This document shows positions 26,701-41,029 of a stretch of DNA of 64,000 nucleotides, one piece after another (the first letter of the stretch is position 1; every line of letters begins with the position of its first letter). The position numbers were made by a program, and so were the translations under genes. The notes beneath the pieces were generated by a model that was not told where the DNA came from, did no database searches, and saw nothing but the letters and a program-made list of their open reading frames with translations. This DNA is from the human T2T-CHM13v2.0 reference genome, Homo sapiens, in the NCBI RefSeq assembly GCF_009914755.1, contig NC_060925.1. One strand, 5' to 3'.

Positions 26701-28456
26701 AAACCACACAGCCCCACCTAGATTTCATGGCTAACGTAAGGAAGAGTTTGAAAAGAAAAAGGACAGATCCATTAATGAGGTAACAAATTATTGCCTTTAT
26801 GTTGGGACAGAACAGGGCCAGGTAGAAAACAATGAAAGAGAAAGACAGACAGAGACAGAGACAGAGACAGAGACAGAGAGAAAGTGACCTAGTGAATTGG
26901 CCAGGTGACATACTGGTAAGGGAGTCAAAGGACACTCTGACTTAGTGCCCTCATGACACACAGCAAACTGTGATCATGAAAAGAGTGAGCTCAATAGTTT
27001 TCCATAAAATATGCTCAAAATTCGATGCAGTGGCCATGAGAGTACAGCTTTTGAAGTATGGTCAACCTATGGTACGTTAGGAAATGATAAGGGGAGGAAG
27101 AAATGGAAACCTAAACATCTACTGCAATGAAAACCAACAGCAATGACAGTAGGAGTAATTCAGCCTTCGCTGAAAACATGTCATCAAACACACTCTGGTT
27201 TCCCTGAATCTGTTGCCTCCAGGTGTTAACACAGAATTAAGCATCCACAATTGCTGAAAGTCACCTGGGGCATGGTGGGTTTTGATCTTCTTCCCCTTCT
27301 TTTCTTCCCCTTCTTCTTTCCTTCTTTGATCTTCTTCCCCTTCTTTTCTTCCCCTTCCCCTTCTTTTCAATTTCTGCAATAAATTCAGACATGGACAGAC
27401 ACATTAAGCTGATTCCCCTACACACATAACAATCCACTGTCTAATCCTCACACAGGGACCTCAGGCTCCTCAGCATAAGAATAGGACACTGTGAGAGATA
27501 TATTTCAGGAGGCCTGAAGGCTGGTCATGATAGAAATTCCTCGGTTTTTCTCCCAGAAACTGTGGGTAAAATGTCCCTATTCTAGTAGATCGTTATCCCA
27601 ATATCATTTGTCCCAAGTTTGTGCAAACAGTTACGCCATATTTTTCCAATCAACTTAAAGCAAATACCCTCAAATGATTTCTAGGAGAAAAACTGCAATA
27701 TTTAGCCCTGTCTCATCAAATACTCAGATTGTTCATGGTTGTGAGGACTTTAGACACTGAAATTAGAGTGAAAAAGGAAATCTACAAACCCTTGAGTCAA
27801 AATCATAGTTCTCTGAATTTGTCACATCTGCCCAGGTCCAATGTCATGAGAATAGGATCAGGGCGCCACAGGTATGGCCTGAGACTAGGAAGAGAGTCTT
27901 GCTCACTGACCCATCCCTTGTCTGGGCTTCCAGGTAGAACTAGAGTTTCATTCAACCTACATGTGCCTATAGGTCCTCCCTGTGGCAATGACATCTCTCA
28001 GCTCAGTAATGGCCACTTGGAGCAGGAATATGATCTTTATATGGAAGACTCAGTGGATCCTTATCACCTTCATAGAAAGGTACTCACCTCCCACGTCAAG
28101 AGAAAAGCCAACATGTTTTTCCTCCAATGCATAAAAGGAACTTCCATAGGGCTGGCAGGAGTCAGGCTGTTCAAGACAACTGGAAGGAGTTGAATAACAT
28201 CTATCCAGTGAGTCCTGCAAGACTTCAGGCTCTACTACCTCCAGCAGCTCCCTGCTGAGCCTGGAAAAGGAGGAAAAAGTAAAGAATAAGCCAGGGGAAA
28301 TCAGACACAACAGAGCCCCAACTAGGTTTCATGGGTAGCATAGGGAAGTGGTTAAAAAACTAAAAGGATAGATCCATTAATGAGGTAACAAATTATTGCC
28401 TTCATGTTGGGACAGAACAGGGCCAAATGGAAAAGAATGAAAGAGAAAGACAGATA

Positions 28457-28503
<47 letters not shown>

Positions 28504-31500
28504 AGAGAGAGAACGAGCTCAGTGAATTGTCCAGGTGACGCACTGATGAGGGAGTAACAGGACACTCTGAGTTAGTGCCCTCAGGACACACAGCATACAG
28601 GGATCATGAAAAGACTGTGCTCAATAATTTTCCATAAAATGTGCTCAAGTTTCCATGCAGTCGCCATGAGAATACAGTTTTTGAAGTCTGGTCCACCTAC
28701 AGTAGGTTAGTAAATGATAAGGGGAGGAAGAAATGGAAACCTAAATATCTACTGCAATGAAAACCAACAGCAATGTTAGTAGGAATAATTCAGGCTTGGT
28801 TGAAAAGATGTAATCGATAATGTCAGCCCGCTCTGTTTTCCCTGAACCTGGAGTCTCCAGATGTCAACACAGAAGTAGCTGTTCACAATTGCTCAGTTAC
28901 CTGGGGCATGGTGGGTCTTGGTCTTCTTCCTCTTCTTCGTCCTTTTTAATTCCTGCAATACATTCAGACAGGGACAGACAAAATAAGCCAATTCACCTAC
29001 ACCCATAACAGTCCACTGTCTAATCCCCACACAGGGATCTCAGGCTCCTCAGCATGAGAACAGGACAATGTGAGAGATATACTTCAGGAGGCCTGAAAGC
29101 TGGTCATGATATTCTTTGGTTTGCATCTCAGAACCAAGGGTGAAATATCCCCATTCTGGTACATCGTTATCCCAAAATCATTTATCCCAAGTTTGTGCAA
29201 ACAGTTATGCTTTATTGTTCCCATCAGTTCAAAGAAAATGCCCCAGATGATTTCCAGGAGGAAAACTAAAGTATTCAGCCCTGTCTCATCAAATGCCCAG
29301 CTCGTTCATGGATGCAAGAATTTTAGACACTGAAATTAGAATGAAGGAGGAAATCTACAAACCCTTCAGTCCAAATCATACTTCTGTGAATTTTTTACAT
29401 CTGCCTGGGTCCAATGTGCTGAGAGCGGGCTCAGGTTGCCACAGGCATGGCTGGAGACTAGGAATAGAGCCTTGCTCACTGACCCATTTCATGTCTAGGC
29501 TTCCAACTGAGACTACAGTTTCATTACAACCTATATGCGCCCATAGGTCCTGCCTGCGGCAATGACGTCTCTCGGGTCAGTAAGGGGCACTTGGAACAGG
29601 AATATCACCCCTATCTGGAAGACCACGTGGAGGCTTATCACCTTCACAGTAAGGTACTCACTGTCCACGTCAAGAGCCAAGCCAAGGTACTGTTCCTCCA
29701 ATGAGTAAACAGCACTGCTGTAGGGCTGGCCTAAGTCAGGCAGTTCAAGATAACCTGAAGGAGTCGAATAACATCTATCCAGTGAGTCCTGCAAGACTTC
29801 AGGCTCTTTCTCATCCAGCAGCTCCCTGCTGAGCCTGGAAAAGTAGGAAAAAGTAAAGAATAAGCCAGGGGGAATCAGAAACCACACAGCCCCAGCTAGA
29901 TTTCATGGCTAACATAAGGAACTGTTTAAAAAGAAAAAGGACAGATCCATTAATGAGGTAATGAATTATTGCCTTTATGTTGGGATAGACCAGGGCCAGG
30001 TAGAAAAGAATGAAAGAGAAAGACAGGGAGAGGGAGAGAGAGAGAGAGGAGAAAGTGAGCTCAGCGAATTGGCCGGGTGACACACTGATGAAGGGGTCAA
30101 AGGACACTCTGAGTTAGTGCCCTCGGGACACACAGCGAACAGTGATCATGAAAAGAGTGGGCTCAATAATTTTCCATAAACTTGCTCAAGATTCCATGCA
30201 GTTGCCATACAGCCTTTGAGGTATGGTCAACCTATAGTAAGTGAGTAAATGATAAGGGGAGGAAGAAATGGAAACCTAAACATCTACTGCAATGAAAACC
30301 AACAGCAATGTCAGTAGGAGTAATTCAACCTTCGTTGAAAACATGAAATTGAACACACTCTTGTTTTCCCTGGACCTGGCATCTCCAGGTGTCAACACAG
30401 AATTAAGCATCCATAATTGCTCAAAGTTACCTGGGGCATGATGGGTCTTGGTCTTCTTCCACTTCTTGGTACTTTTCAATTTCTGCAATAAGTTCAGACA
30501 TGGACAGACATATTAAGCTGGTTCTCCTAAACACACATAACAATCCACTGTCTAATCCTCACACAGGGACTTCAGGCTCCTCAGCATGAGAATAGGACAC
30601 TGTGAGAGATATTCTTCAGGAGGCATGAAGGCTGATCACCATAGAGATTCCTTGGTTTTTGTCCCAGAAACTGTGGGTAAAATTCCCTATTCTGGTAGAT
30701 CGTTATCCCAATATCATTTGTCCCAAGTTTGTGCAAATGGTTATGCCATATTTTTCCAATCGATTTAAAGAAATTGCCCCCAAATGGTTGCTAGGAGAAA
30801 AACTGCACTATTCAGCCCTGTCTCATCAAATACTCAGATTGTTCATGGTAGCGAGGATTTCAGACGCTGAAATTAGAGTGAAGGATGAAATCTACAAGAT
30901 CTACAAAATTGAGACAAAATCAGAGTTGTGTGAATTTGTCACATCTGCCCAGGTCCAATGTCATGAGAGTAGGATTAGGGCGCCACAGGCATGGCCTGAG
31001 ACTAGGAAGAGAGCCTTGCTCACTGACCCATCCCTTGTCTGGGCTTCCAAGTGGAACTAGAGTTTCATTCAACCTACATATGCCTATAGGTCCTCCCTGT
31101 GGCAATGACATCTCTCAGCTCAGTAAGGGCCACTTGCAGTAGGAATATGACCCTAACCAGAAGACTCAGTGGATCCTTATCACCTTCATAGAAAGGTACT
31201 CACCATCCATGTCAACAGCGAAGCCAACACGCTGTTGCTCCAATACATAAAAGGCACTTCTGTAGGGCTGGCATGAGTCAGTCAGTTCAAGACAACCTGA
31301 AGGAGTTGAATAACATCTATCCAGTGAGTCCTGCAAGACTTCAGGCCCTTTCTCATCCAGCAGCTCCCTGCTGAGCCTGGAAAAGTGGGAAAAAGTAAAG
31401 AATAAGCCAGGGGGAATCAGAAACCACACAGCCCCAGCTAGATTTCATGGCTAACGTAAGGAAGAGTTTGAAAAGAAAAAGGACAGATCCATTAATGAGG

Positions 31501-31566
31501 TAACAAATTATTGCCTTTATGTTGGGATAGAACAGGGCCAGGTAGAAAACAATGAAAGAGAAAGAC

Positions 31567-31599
<33 letters not shown>

Positions 31600-33174
31600 A
31601 AGTGACCTAGTGAATTGGCCAGGTGACATACTGGTAAGGGAGTCAAAGGACACTCTGAGTTAGTGCCCTCATGACACACAGCAAACTGTGATCATGAAAA
31701 GAGTGAGCTCAATAGTTTTCCATAAAATATGCTCAAAATTCGATGCAGTGGCCATGAGAGTACAGCTTTTGAAGTATGGTCAACCTATGGTACGTTAGGA
31801 AATGATAAGGGGAGGAAGAAATGGAAACCTAAACATCTACTGCAATGAAAACCAACAGCAATGACAGTAGGAGTAATTCAGCCTTCGCTGAAAACATGTC
31901 ATCAAACACACTCTGGTTTCCCTGAATCTGTTGCTTCCAGGTGTTAACACAGAATTAAGCATCCACAATTGCTGAAAGTCACCTGGGGCATGGTGGGTTT
32001 TGATCTTCTTCCCCTTCTTTTCTTCCCCTTCTTCTTTCCTTCTTTGATCTTCTTCCCCTTCTTTTCTTCCCCTTCCCCTTCTTTTCAATTTCTGCAATAA
32101 ATTCAGACATGGACAGACACATTAAGCTGATTCCCCTACACACATAACAATCCACTGTCTAATCCTCACACAGGGACCTCAGGCTCCTCAGCATAAGAAT
32201 AGGACACTGTGAGAGATATATTTCAGGAGGCCTGAAGGCTGGTCATGATAGAAATTCCTCGGTTTTTCTCCCAGAAACTGTGGGTAAAATGTCCCTATTC
32301 TAGTAGATCGTTATCTCAATATCATTTGTCCCAAGTTTGTGCAAACAGTTACGCCATATTTTTCCAATCAACTTAAAGCAAATACCCTCAAATGATTTCT
32401 AGGAGAAAAACTGCAATATTTAGCCCTGTCTCATCAAATACTCAGATTGTTCATGGTTGTGAGGACTTTAGACACTGAAATTAGAGTGAAAAAGGAAATC
32501 TACAAACCCTTGAGTCAAAATCATAGTTCTCTGAATTTGTCACATCTGCCCAGGTCCAATGTCATGAGAATAGGATCAGGGCGCCACAGGTATGGCCTGA
32601 GACTAGGAAGAGAGTCTTGCTCACTGACCCATCCCTTGTCTGGGCTTCCAGGTAGAACTAGAGTTTCATTCAACCTACATGTGCCTATAGGTCCTCCCTG
32701 TGGCAATGACATCTCTCAGCTCAGTAATGGCCACTTGGAGCAGGAATATGATCTTTATATGGAAGACTCAGTGGATCCTTATCACCTTCATAGAAAGGTA
32801 CTCACCTCCCACGTCAAGAGAAAAGCCAACATGTTTTTCCTCCAATGCATAAAAGGAACTTCCATAGGGCTGGCAGGAGTCAGGCTGTTCAAGACAACTG
32901 GAAGGAGTTGAATAACATCTATCCAGTGAGTCCTGCAAGACTTCAGGCTCTACTACCTCCAGCAGCTCCCTGCTGAGCCTGGAAAAGGAGGAAAAAGTAA
33001 AGAATAAGCCAGGGGAAATCAGACACAACAGAGCCCCAACTAGGTTTCATGGGTAGCATAGGGAAGTGGTTAAAAAACTAAAAGGATAGATCCATTAATG
33101 AGGTAACAAATTATTGCCTTCATGTTGGGACAGAACAGGGCCAAATGGAAAAGAATGAAAGGGAAAGACAGATA

Positions 33175-33222
<48 letters not shown>

Positions 33223-36200
33223 ACGAGCTCAGTGAATTGTCCAGGTGACGCACTGATGAGGGAGTAACAGGACACTCTGAGTTAGTGCCCTCAGGACACA
33301 CAGCATACAGGGATCATGAAAAGACTGTGCTCAATAATTTTCCATAAAATGTGCTCAAGTTTCCATGCAGTCACCATGAGAATACAGTTTTTGAAGTCTG
33401 GTCCACCTACAGTAGGTTAGTAAATGATAAGGGGAGGAAGAAATGGAAACCTAAATATCTACTGCAATGAAAACCAACAGCAATGTTAGTAGGAATAATT
33501 CAGGCTTGGTTGAAAAGATGTAATCGATAATGTCAGCCCGCTCTGTTTTCCCTGAACCAGGAGTCTCCAGATGTCAACACAGAAGTAGCTGTTCACAATT
33601 GCTCAGTTACCTGGGGCATGGTGGGTCTTGGTCTTCTTCCTCTTCTTCGTCCTTTTTAATTCCTGCAATACATTCAGACAGGGACAGACAAAATAAGCCA
33701 ATTCACCTACACCCATAACAGTCCACTGTCTAATCCCCACACAGGGATCTCAGGCTCCTCAGCATGAGAACAGGACAATGTGAGAGATATACTTCAGGAG
33801 GCCTGAAAGCTGGTCATGATATTCTTTGGTTTGCATCTCAGAACCAAGGGTGAAATATCCCCATTCTGGTACATCGTTATCCCAAAATCATTTATCCCAA
33901 GTTTGTGCAAACAGTTATGCTTTATTGTTCCCATCAGTTCAAAGAAAATGCCCCAGATGATTTCCAGGAGGAAAACTAAAGTATTCAGCCCTGTCTCATC
34001 AAATGCCCAGCTCGTTCATGGATGCAAGAATTTTAGACACTGAAATTAGAATGAAGGAGGAAATCTACAAACCCTTCAGTCCAAATCATACTTCTGTGAA
34101 TTTTTTACATCTGCCTGGGTCCAATGTGCTGAGAGCGGGCTCAGGTTGCCACAGGCATGGCTGGAGACTAGGAATAGAGCCTTGCTCACTGACCCATTTC
34201 ATGTCTAGGCTTCCAACTGAGACTACAGTTTCATTACAACCTATATGCGCCCATAGGTCCTGCCTGCGGCAATGACGTCTCTCGGGTCAGTAAGGGCCAC
34301 TTGGAACAGGAATATCACCCCTATCTGGAAGACCAGGTGGAGGCTTATCACCTTCACAGTAAGGTACTCACTGTCCACGTCAAGAGCCAAGCCAAGGTAC
34401 TGTTCCTCCAATGAGTAAACAGCACTGCTGTAGGGCTGGCCTAAGTCAGGCAGTTCAAGATAACCTGAAGGAGTCGAATAACATCTATCCAGTGAGTCCT
34501 GCAAGACTTCAGGCTCTTTCTCATCCAGCAGCTCCCTGCTGAGCCTGGAAAAGTAGGAAAAAGTAAAGAATAAGCCAGGGGGAATCAGAAACCACACAGC
34601 CCCAGCTAGATTTCATGACTAACATAAGGAACTGTTTAAAAAGAAAAAGGACAGATCCATTAATGAGGTAATGAATTATTGCCTTTATGTTGGGATAGAC
34701 CAGGGCCAGGTAGAAAAGAATGAAAGAGAAAGACAGGGAGAGGGAGAGAGAGAGAGAGGAGAAAGTGAGCTCAGCGAATTGGCCGGGTGACACACTGATG
34801 AAGGGGTCAAAGGACACTCTGAGTTAGTGCCCTCGGGACACACAGCGAACAGTGATCATGAAAAGAGTGGGCTCAATAATTTTCCATAAACTTGCTCAAG
34901 ATTCCATGCAGTTGCCATACAGCCTTTGAGGTATGGTCAACCTATAGTAAGTGAGTAAATGATAAGGGGAGGAAGAAATGGAAACCTAAACATCTACTGC
35001 AATGAAAACCAACAGCAATGTCAGTAGGAGTAATTCAACCTTCGTTGAAAACATGAAATTGAACACACTCTTGTTTTCCCTGGACCTGGCATCTCCAGGT
35101 GTCAACACAGAATTAAGCATCCATAATTGCTCAAAGTTACCTGGGGCATGATGGGTCTTGGTCTTCTTCCACTTCTTGGTACTTTTCAATTTCTGCAATA
35201 AGTTCAGACATGGACAGACATATTAAGCTGGTTCTCCTAAACACACATAACAATCCACTGTCTAATCCTCACACAGGGACTTCAGGCTCCTCAGCATGAG
35301 AATAGGACACTGTGAGAGATATTCTTCAGGAGGCATGAAGGCTGATCACCATAGAGATTCCTTGGTTTTTGTCCCAGAAACTGTGGGTAAAATTCCCTAT
35401 TCTGGTAGATCGTTATCCCAATATCATTTGTCCCAAGTTTGTGCAAATGGTTATGCCATATTTTTCCAATCGATTTAAAGAAATTGCCCCCAAATGGTTG
35501 CTAGGAGAAAAACTGCACTATTCAGCCCTGTCTCATCAAATACTCAGATTGTTCATGGTAGCGAGGATTTCAGACGCTGAAATTAGAGTGAAGGATGAAA
35601 TCTACAAGATCTACAAAATTGAGACAAAATCAGAGTTGTGTGAATTTGTCACATCTGCCCAGGTCCAATGTCATGAGAGTAGGATTAGGGCGCCACAGGC
35701 ATGGCCTGAGACTAGGAAGAGAGCCTTGCTCACTGACCCATCCCTTGTCTGGGCTTCCAAGTGGAACTAGAGTTTCATTCAACCTACATATGCCTATAGG
35801 TCCTCCCTGTGGCAATGACATCTCTCAGCTCAGTAAGGGCCACTTGCAGTAGGAATATGACCCTAACCAGAAGACTCAGTGGATCCTTATCACCTTCATA
35901 GAAAGGTACTCACCATCCATGTCAACAGCGAAGCCAACAAGCTGTTGCTCCAATACATAAAAGGCACTTCTGTAGGGCTGGCATGAGTCAGTCAGTTCAA
36001 GACAACCTGAAGGAGTTGAATAACATCTATCCAGTGAGTCCTGCAAGACTTCAGGCCCTTTCTCATCCAGCAGCTCCCTGCTGAGCCTGGAAAAGTGGGA
36101 AAAAGTAAAGAATAAGCCAGGGGGAATCAGAAACCACACAGCCCCAGCTAGATTTCATGGCTAACGTAAGGAAGAGTTTGAAAAGAAAAAGGACAGATCC

Positions 36201-36276
36201 ATTAATGAGGTAACAAATTATTGCCTTTATGTTGGGATAGAACAGGGCCAGGTAGAAAACAATGAAAGAGAAAGAC

Positions 36277-36307
<31 letters not shown>

Positions 36308-37896
36308 CAGAGACAGAGAGAAAGTGACCTAGTGAATTGGCCAGGTGACATACTGGTAAGGGAGTCAAAGGACACTCTGACTTAGTGCCCTCATGACACA
36401 CAGCAAACTGTGATCATGAAAAGAGTGAGCTCAATAGTTTTCCATAAAATATGCTCAAAATTCGATGCAGTGGCCATGAGAGTACAGCTTTTGAAGTATG
36501 GTCAACCTATGGTACGTTAGGAAATGATAAGGGGAGGAAGAAATGGAAACCTAAACATCTACTGCAATGAAAACCAACAGCAATGACAGTAGGAGTAATT
36601 CAGCCTTCGCTGAAAACATGTCATCAAACACACTCTGGTTTCCCTGAATCTGTTGCCTCCAGGTGTTAACACAGAATTAAGCATCCACAATTGGTGAAAG
36701 TCACCTGGGGCATGGTGGGTTTTGATCTTCTTCCCCTTCTTTTCTTCCCCTTCTTCTTTCCTTCTTTGATCTTCTTCCCCTTCTTTTCTTCCCCTTCCCC
36801 TTCTTTTCAATTTCTGCAATAAATTCAGACATGGACAGACACATTAAGCTGATTCCCCTACACACATAACAATCCACTGTCTAATCCTCACACAGGGACC
36901 TCAGGCTCCTCAGCATAAGAATAGGACACTGTGAGAGATATATTTCAGGAGGCCTGAAGGCTGGTCATGACAGAAATTCCTCGGTTTTTCTCCCAGAAAC
37001 TGTGGGTAAAATGTCCCTATTCTAGTAGATCGTTATCTCAATATCATTTGTCCCAAGTTTGTGCAAACAGTTACGCCATATTTTTCCAATCAACTTAAAG
37101 CAAATACCCTCAAATGATTTCTAGGAGAAAAACTGCAATATTTAGCCCTGTCTCATCAAATACTCAGATTGTTCATGGTTGTGAGGACTTTAGACACTGA
37201 AATTAGAGTGAAAAAGGAAATCTACAAACCCTTGAGTCAAAATCATAGTTCTCTGAATTTGTCACATCTGCCCAGGTCCAATGTCATGAGAATAGGATCA
37301 GGGCGCCACAGGTATGGCCTGAGACTAGGAAGAGAGTCTTGCTCACTGACCCATCCCTTGTCTGGGCTTCCAGGTAGAACTAGAGTTTCATTCAACCTAC
37401 ATGTGCCTATAGGTCCTCCCTGTGGCAATGACATCTCTCAGCTCAGTAATGGCCACTTGGAGCAGGAATATGATCTTTATATGGAAGACTCAGTGGATCC
37501 TTATCACCTTCATAGAAAGGTACTCACCTCCCACGTCAAGAGAAAAGCCAACATGTTTTTCCTCCAATGCATAAAAGGAACTTCCATAGGGCTGGCAGGA
37601 GTCAGGCTGTTCAAGACAACTGGAAGGAGTTGAATAACATCTATCCAGTGAGTCCTGCAAGACTTCAGGCTCTACTACCTCCAGCAGCTCCCTGCTGAGC
37701 CTGGAAAAGGAGGAAAAAGTAAAGAATAAGCCAGGGGAAATCAGACACAACAGAGCCCCAACTAGGTTTCATGGGTAGCATAGGGAAGTGGTTAAAAAAC
37801 TAAAAGGATAGATCCATTAATGAGGTAACAAATTATTGCCTTCATGTTGGGACAGAACAGGGCCAAATGGAAAAGAATGAAAGGGAAAGACAGATA

Positions 37897-37944
<48 letters not shown>

Positions 37945-40900
37945 ACGAGCTCAGTGAATTGTCCAGGTGACGCACTGATGAGGGAGTAACAGGACACTCT
38001 GAGTTAGTGCCCTCAGGACACACAGCATACAGGGATCATGAAAAGACTGTGCTCAATAATTTTCCATAAAATGTGCTCAAGTTTCCATGCAGTCACCATG
38101 AGAATACAGTTTTTGAAGTCTGGTCCACCTACAGTAGGTTAGTAAATGATAAGGGGAGGAAGAAATGGAAACCTAAATATCTACTGCAATGAAAACCAAC
38201 AGCAATGTTAGTAGGAATAATTCAGGCTTGGTTGAAAAGATGTAATCGATAATGTCAGCCCGCTCTGTTTTCCCTGAACCAGGAGTCTCCAGATGTCAAC
38301 ACAGAAGTAGCTGTTCACAATTGCTCAGTTACCTGGGGCATGGTGGGTCTTGGTCTTCTTCCTCTTCTTCGTCCTTTTTAATTCCTGCAATACATTCAGA
38401 CAGGGACAGACAAAATAAGCCAACTCACCTACACCCATAACAGTCCACTGTCTAATCCCCACACAGGGATCTCAGGCTCCTCAGCATGAGAACAGGACAA
38501 TGTGAGAGATATACTTCAGGAGGCCTGAAAGCTGGTCATGATATTCTTTGGTTTGCATCTCAGAACCAAGGGTGAAATATCCCCATTCTGGTACATCGTT
38601 ATCCCAAAATCATTTATCCCAAGTTTGTGCAAACAGTTATGCTTTACTGTTCCCATCAGTTCAAAGAAAATGCCCCAGATGATTTCCAGGAGGAAAACTA
38701 AAGTATTCAGCCCTGTCTCATCAAATGCCCAGCTCGTTCATGGATGCAAGAATTTTAGACACTGAAATTAGAATGAAGGAGGAAATCTACAAACCCTTCA
38801 GTCCAAATCATACTTCTGTGAATTTTTTACATCTGCCTGGGTCCAATGTGCTGAGAGCGGGCTCAGGTTGCCACAGGCATGGCTGGAGACTAGGAATAGA
38901 GCCTTGCTCACTGGCCCATTTCATGTCTAGGCTTCCAACTGAGACTACAGTTTCATTACAACCTATATGCGCCCATAGGTCCTGCCTGCGGCAATGACGT
39001 CTCTCGGGTCAGTAAGGGGCACTTGGAACAGGAATATCACCCCTATCTGGAAGACCAGGTGGAGGCTTATCACCTTCACAGTAAGGTACTCACTGTCCAC
39101 GTCAAGAGCCAAGCCAAGGTACTGTTCCTCCAATGAGTAAACAGCACTGCTGTAGGGCTGGCCTAAGTCAGGCAGTTCAAGATAACCTGAAGGAGTCGAA
39201 TAACATCTATCCAGTGAGTCCTGCAAGACTTCAGGCTCTTTCTCATCCAGCAGCTCCCTGCTGAGCCTGGAAAAGTAGGAAAAAGTAAAGAATAGGCCAG
39301 GGGGAATCAGAAACCACACAGCCCCAGCTAGATTTCATGGCTAACATAAGGAACTGTTTAAAAAGAAAAAGGACAGATCCGTTAATGAGGTAATGAATTA
39401 TTGCCTTTATGTTGGGATAGACCAGGGCCAGGTAGAAAAGAATGAAAGAGAAAGACAGGGAGAGGGAGAGAGAGAGAGAGGAGAAAGTGAGCTCAGCGAA
39501 TTGGCCGGGTGACACACTGATGAAGGGGTCAAAGGACACTCTGAGTTAGTGCCCTCGGGACACACAGCGAACAGTGATCATGAAAAGAGTGGGCTCAATA
39601 ATTTTCCATAAACTTGCTCAAGATTCCATGCAGTTGCCATACAGCCTTTGAGGTATGGTCAACCTATAGTAAGTGAGTAAATGATAAGGGGAGGAAGAAA
39701 TGGAAACCTAAACATCTACTGCAATGAAAACCAACAGCAATGTCAGTAGGAGTAATTCAACCTTCGTTGAAAACATGAAATTGAACACACTCTTGTTTTC
39801 CCTGGACCTGGCATCTCCAGGTGTCAACACAGAATTAAGCATCCATAATTGCTCATAGTTACCTGGGGCATGATGGGTCTTGGTCTTCTTCCACTTCTTG
39901 GTACTTTTCAATTTCTGCAATAAGTTCAGACATGGACAGACATATTAAGCTGGTTCTCCTAAACACACATAACAATCCACTGTCTAATCCTCACACAGGG
40001 ACTTCAGGCTCCTCAGCATGAGAATAGGACACTGTGAGAGATATTCTTCAGGAGGCATGAAGGCTGATCACCATAGAGATTCCTTGGTTTTTGTCCCAGA
40101 AACTGTGGGTAAAATTCCCTATTCTGGTAGATCGTTATCCCAATATCATTTGTCCCAAGTTTGTGCAAATGGTTATGCCATATTTTTCCAATCGATTTAA
40201 AGGAATTGCCCCCAAATGGTTGCTAGGAGAAAAACTGCACTATTCAGCCCTGTCTCATCAAATACTCAGATTGTTCATGGTAGCGAGGATTTCAGACGCT
40301 GAAATTAGAGTGAAGGATGAAATCTACAAGATCTACAAAATTGAGACAAAATCAGAGTTGTGTGAATTTGTCACATCTGCCCAGGTCCAATGTCATGAGA
40401 GTAGGATTAGGGCGCCACAGGCATGGCCTGAGACTAGGAAGAGAGCCTTGCTCACTGACCCATCCCTTGTCTGGGCTTCCAAGTGGAACTAGAGTTTCAT
40501 TCAACCTACATGTGCCTATAGGTCCTCCCTGTGGCAATGACATCTCTCAGCTCAGTAAGGGCCACTTGCAGTAGGAATATGACCCTAACCAGAAGACTCA
40601 GTGGATCCTTATCACCTTCATAGAAAGGTACTCACCATCCATGTCAACAGCGAAGCCAACACGCTGTTGCTCCAATACATAAAAGGCACTTCTGTAGGGC
40701 TGGCATGAGTCAGTCAGTTCAAGACAACCTGAAGGAGTTGAATAACATCTATCCAGTGAGTCCTGCAAGACTTCAGGCCCTTTCTCATCCAGCAGCTCCC
40801 TGCTGAGCCTGGAAAAGTGGGAAAAAGTAAAGAATAAGCCAGGGGGAATCAGAAACCACACAGCCCCAGCTAGATTTCATGGCTAACGTAAGGAAGAGTT

Positions 40901-40998
40901 TGAAAAGAAAAAGGACAGATCCATTAATGAGGTAACAAATTATTGCCTTTATGTTGGGATAGAACAGGGCCAGGTAGAAAACAATGAAAGAGAAAGAC

Positions 40999-41029
<31 letters not shown>

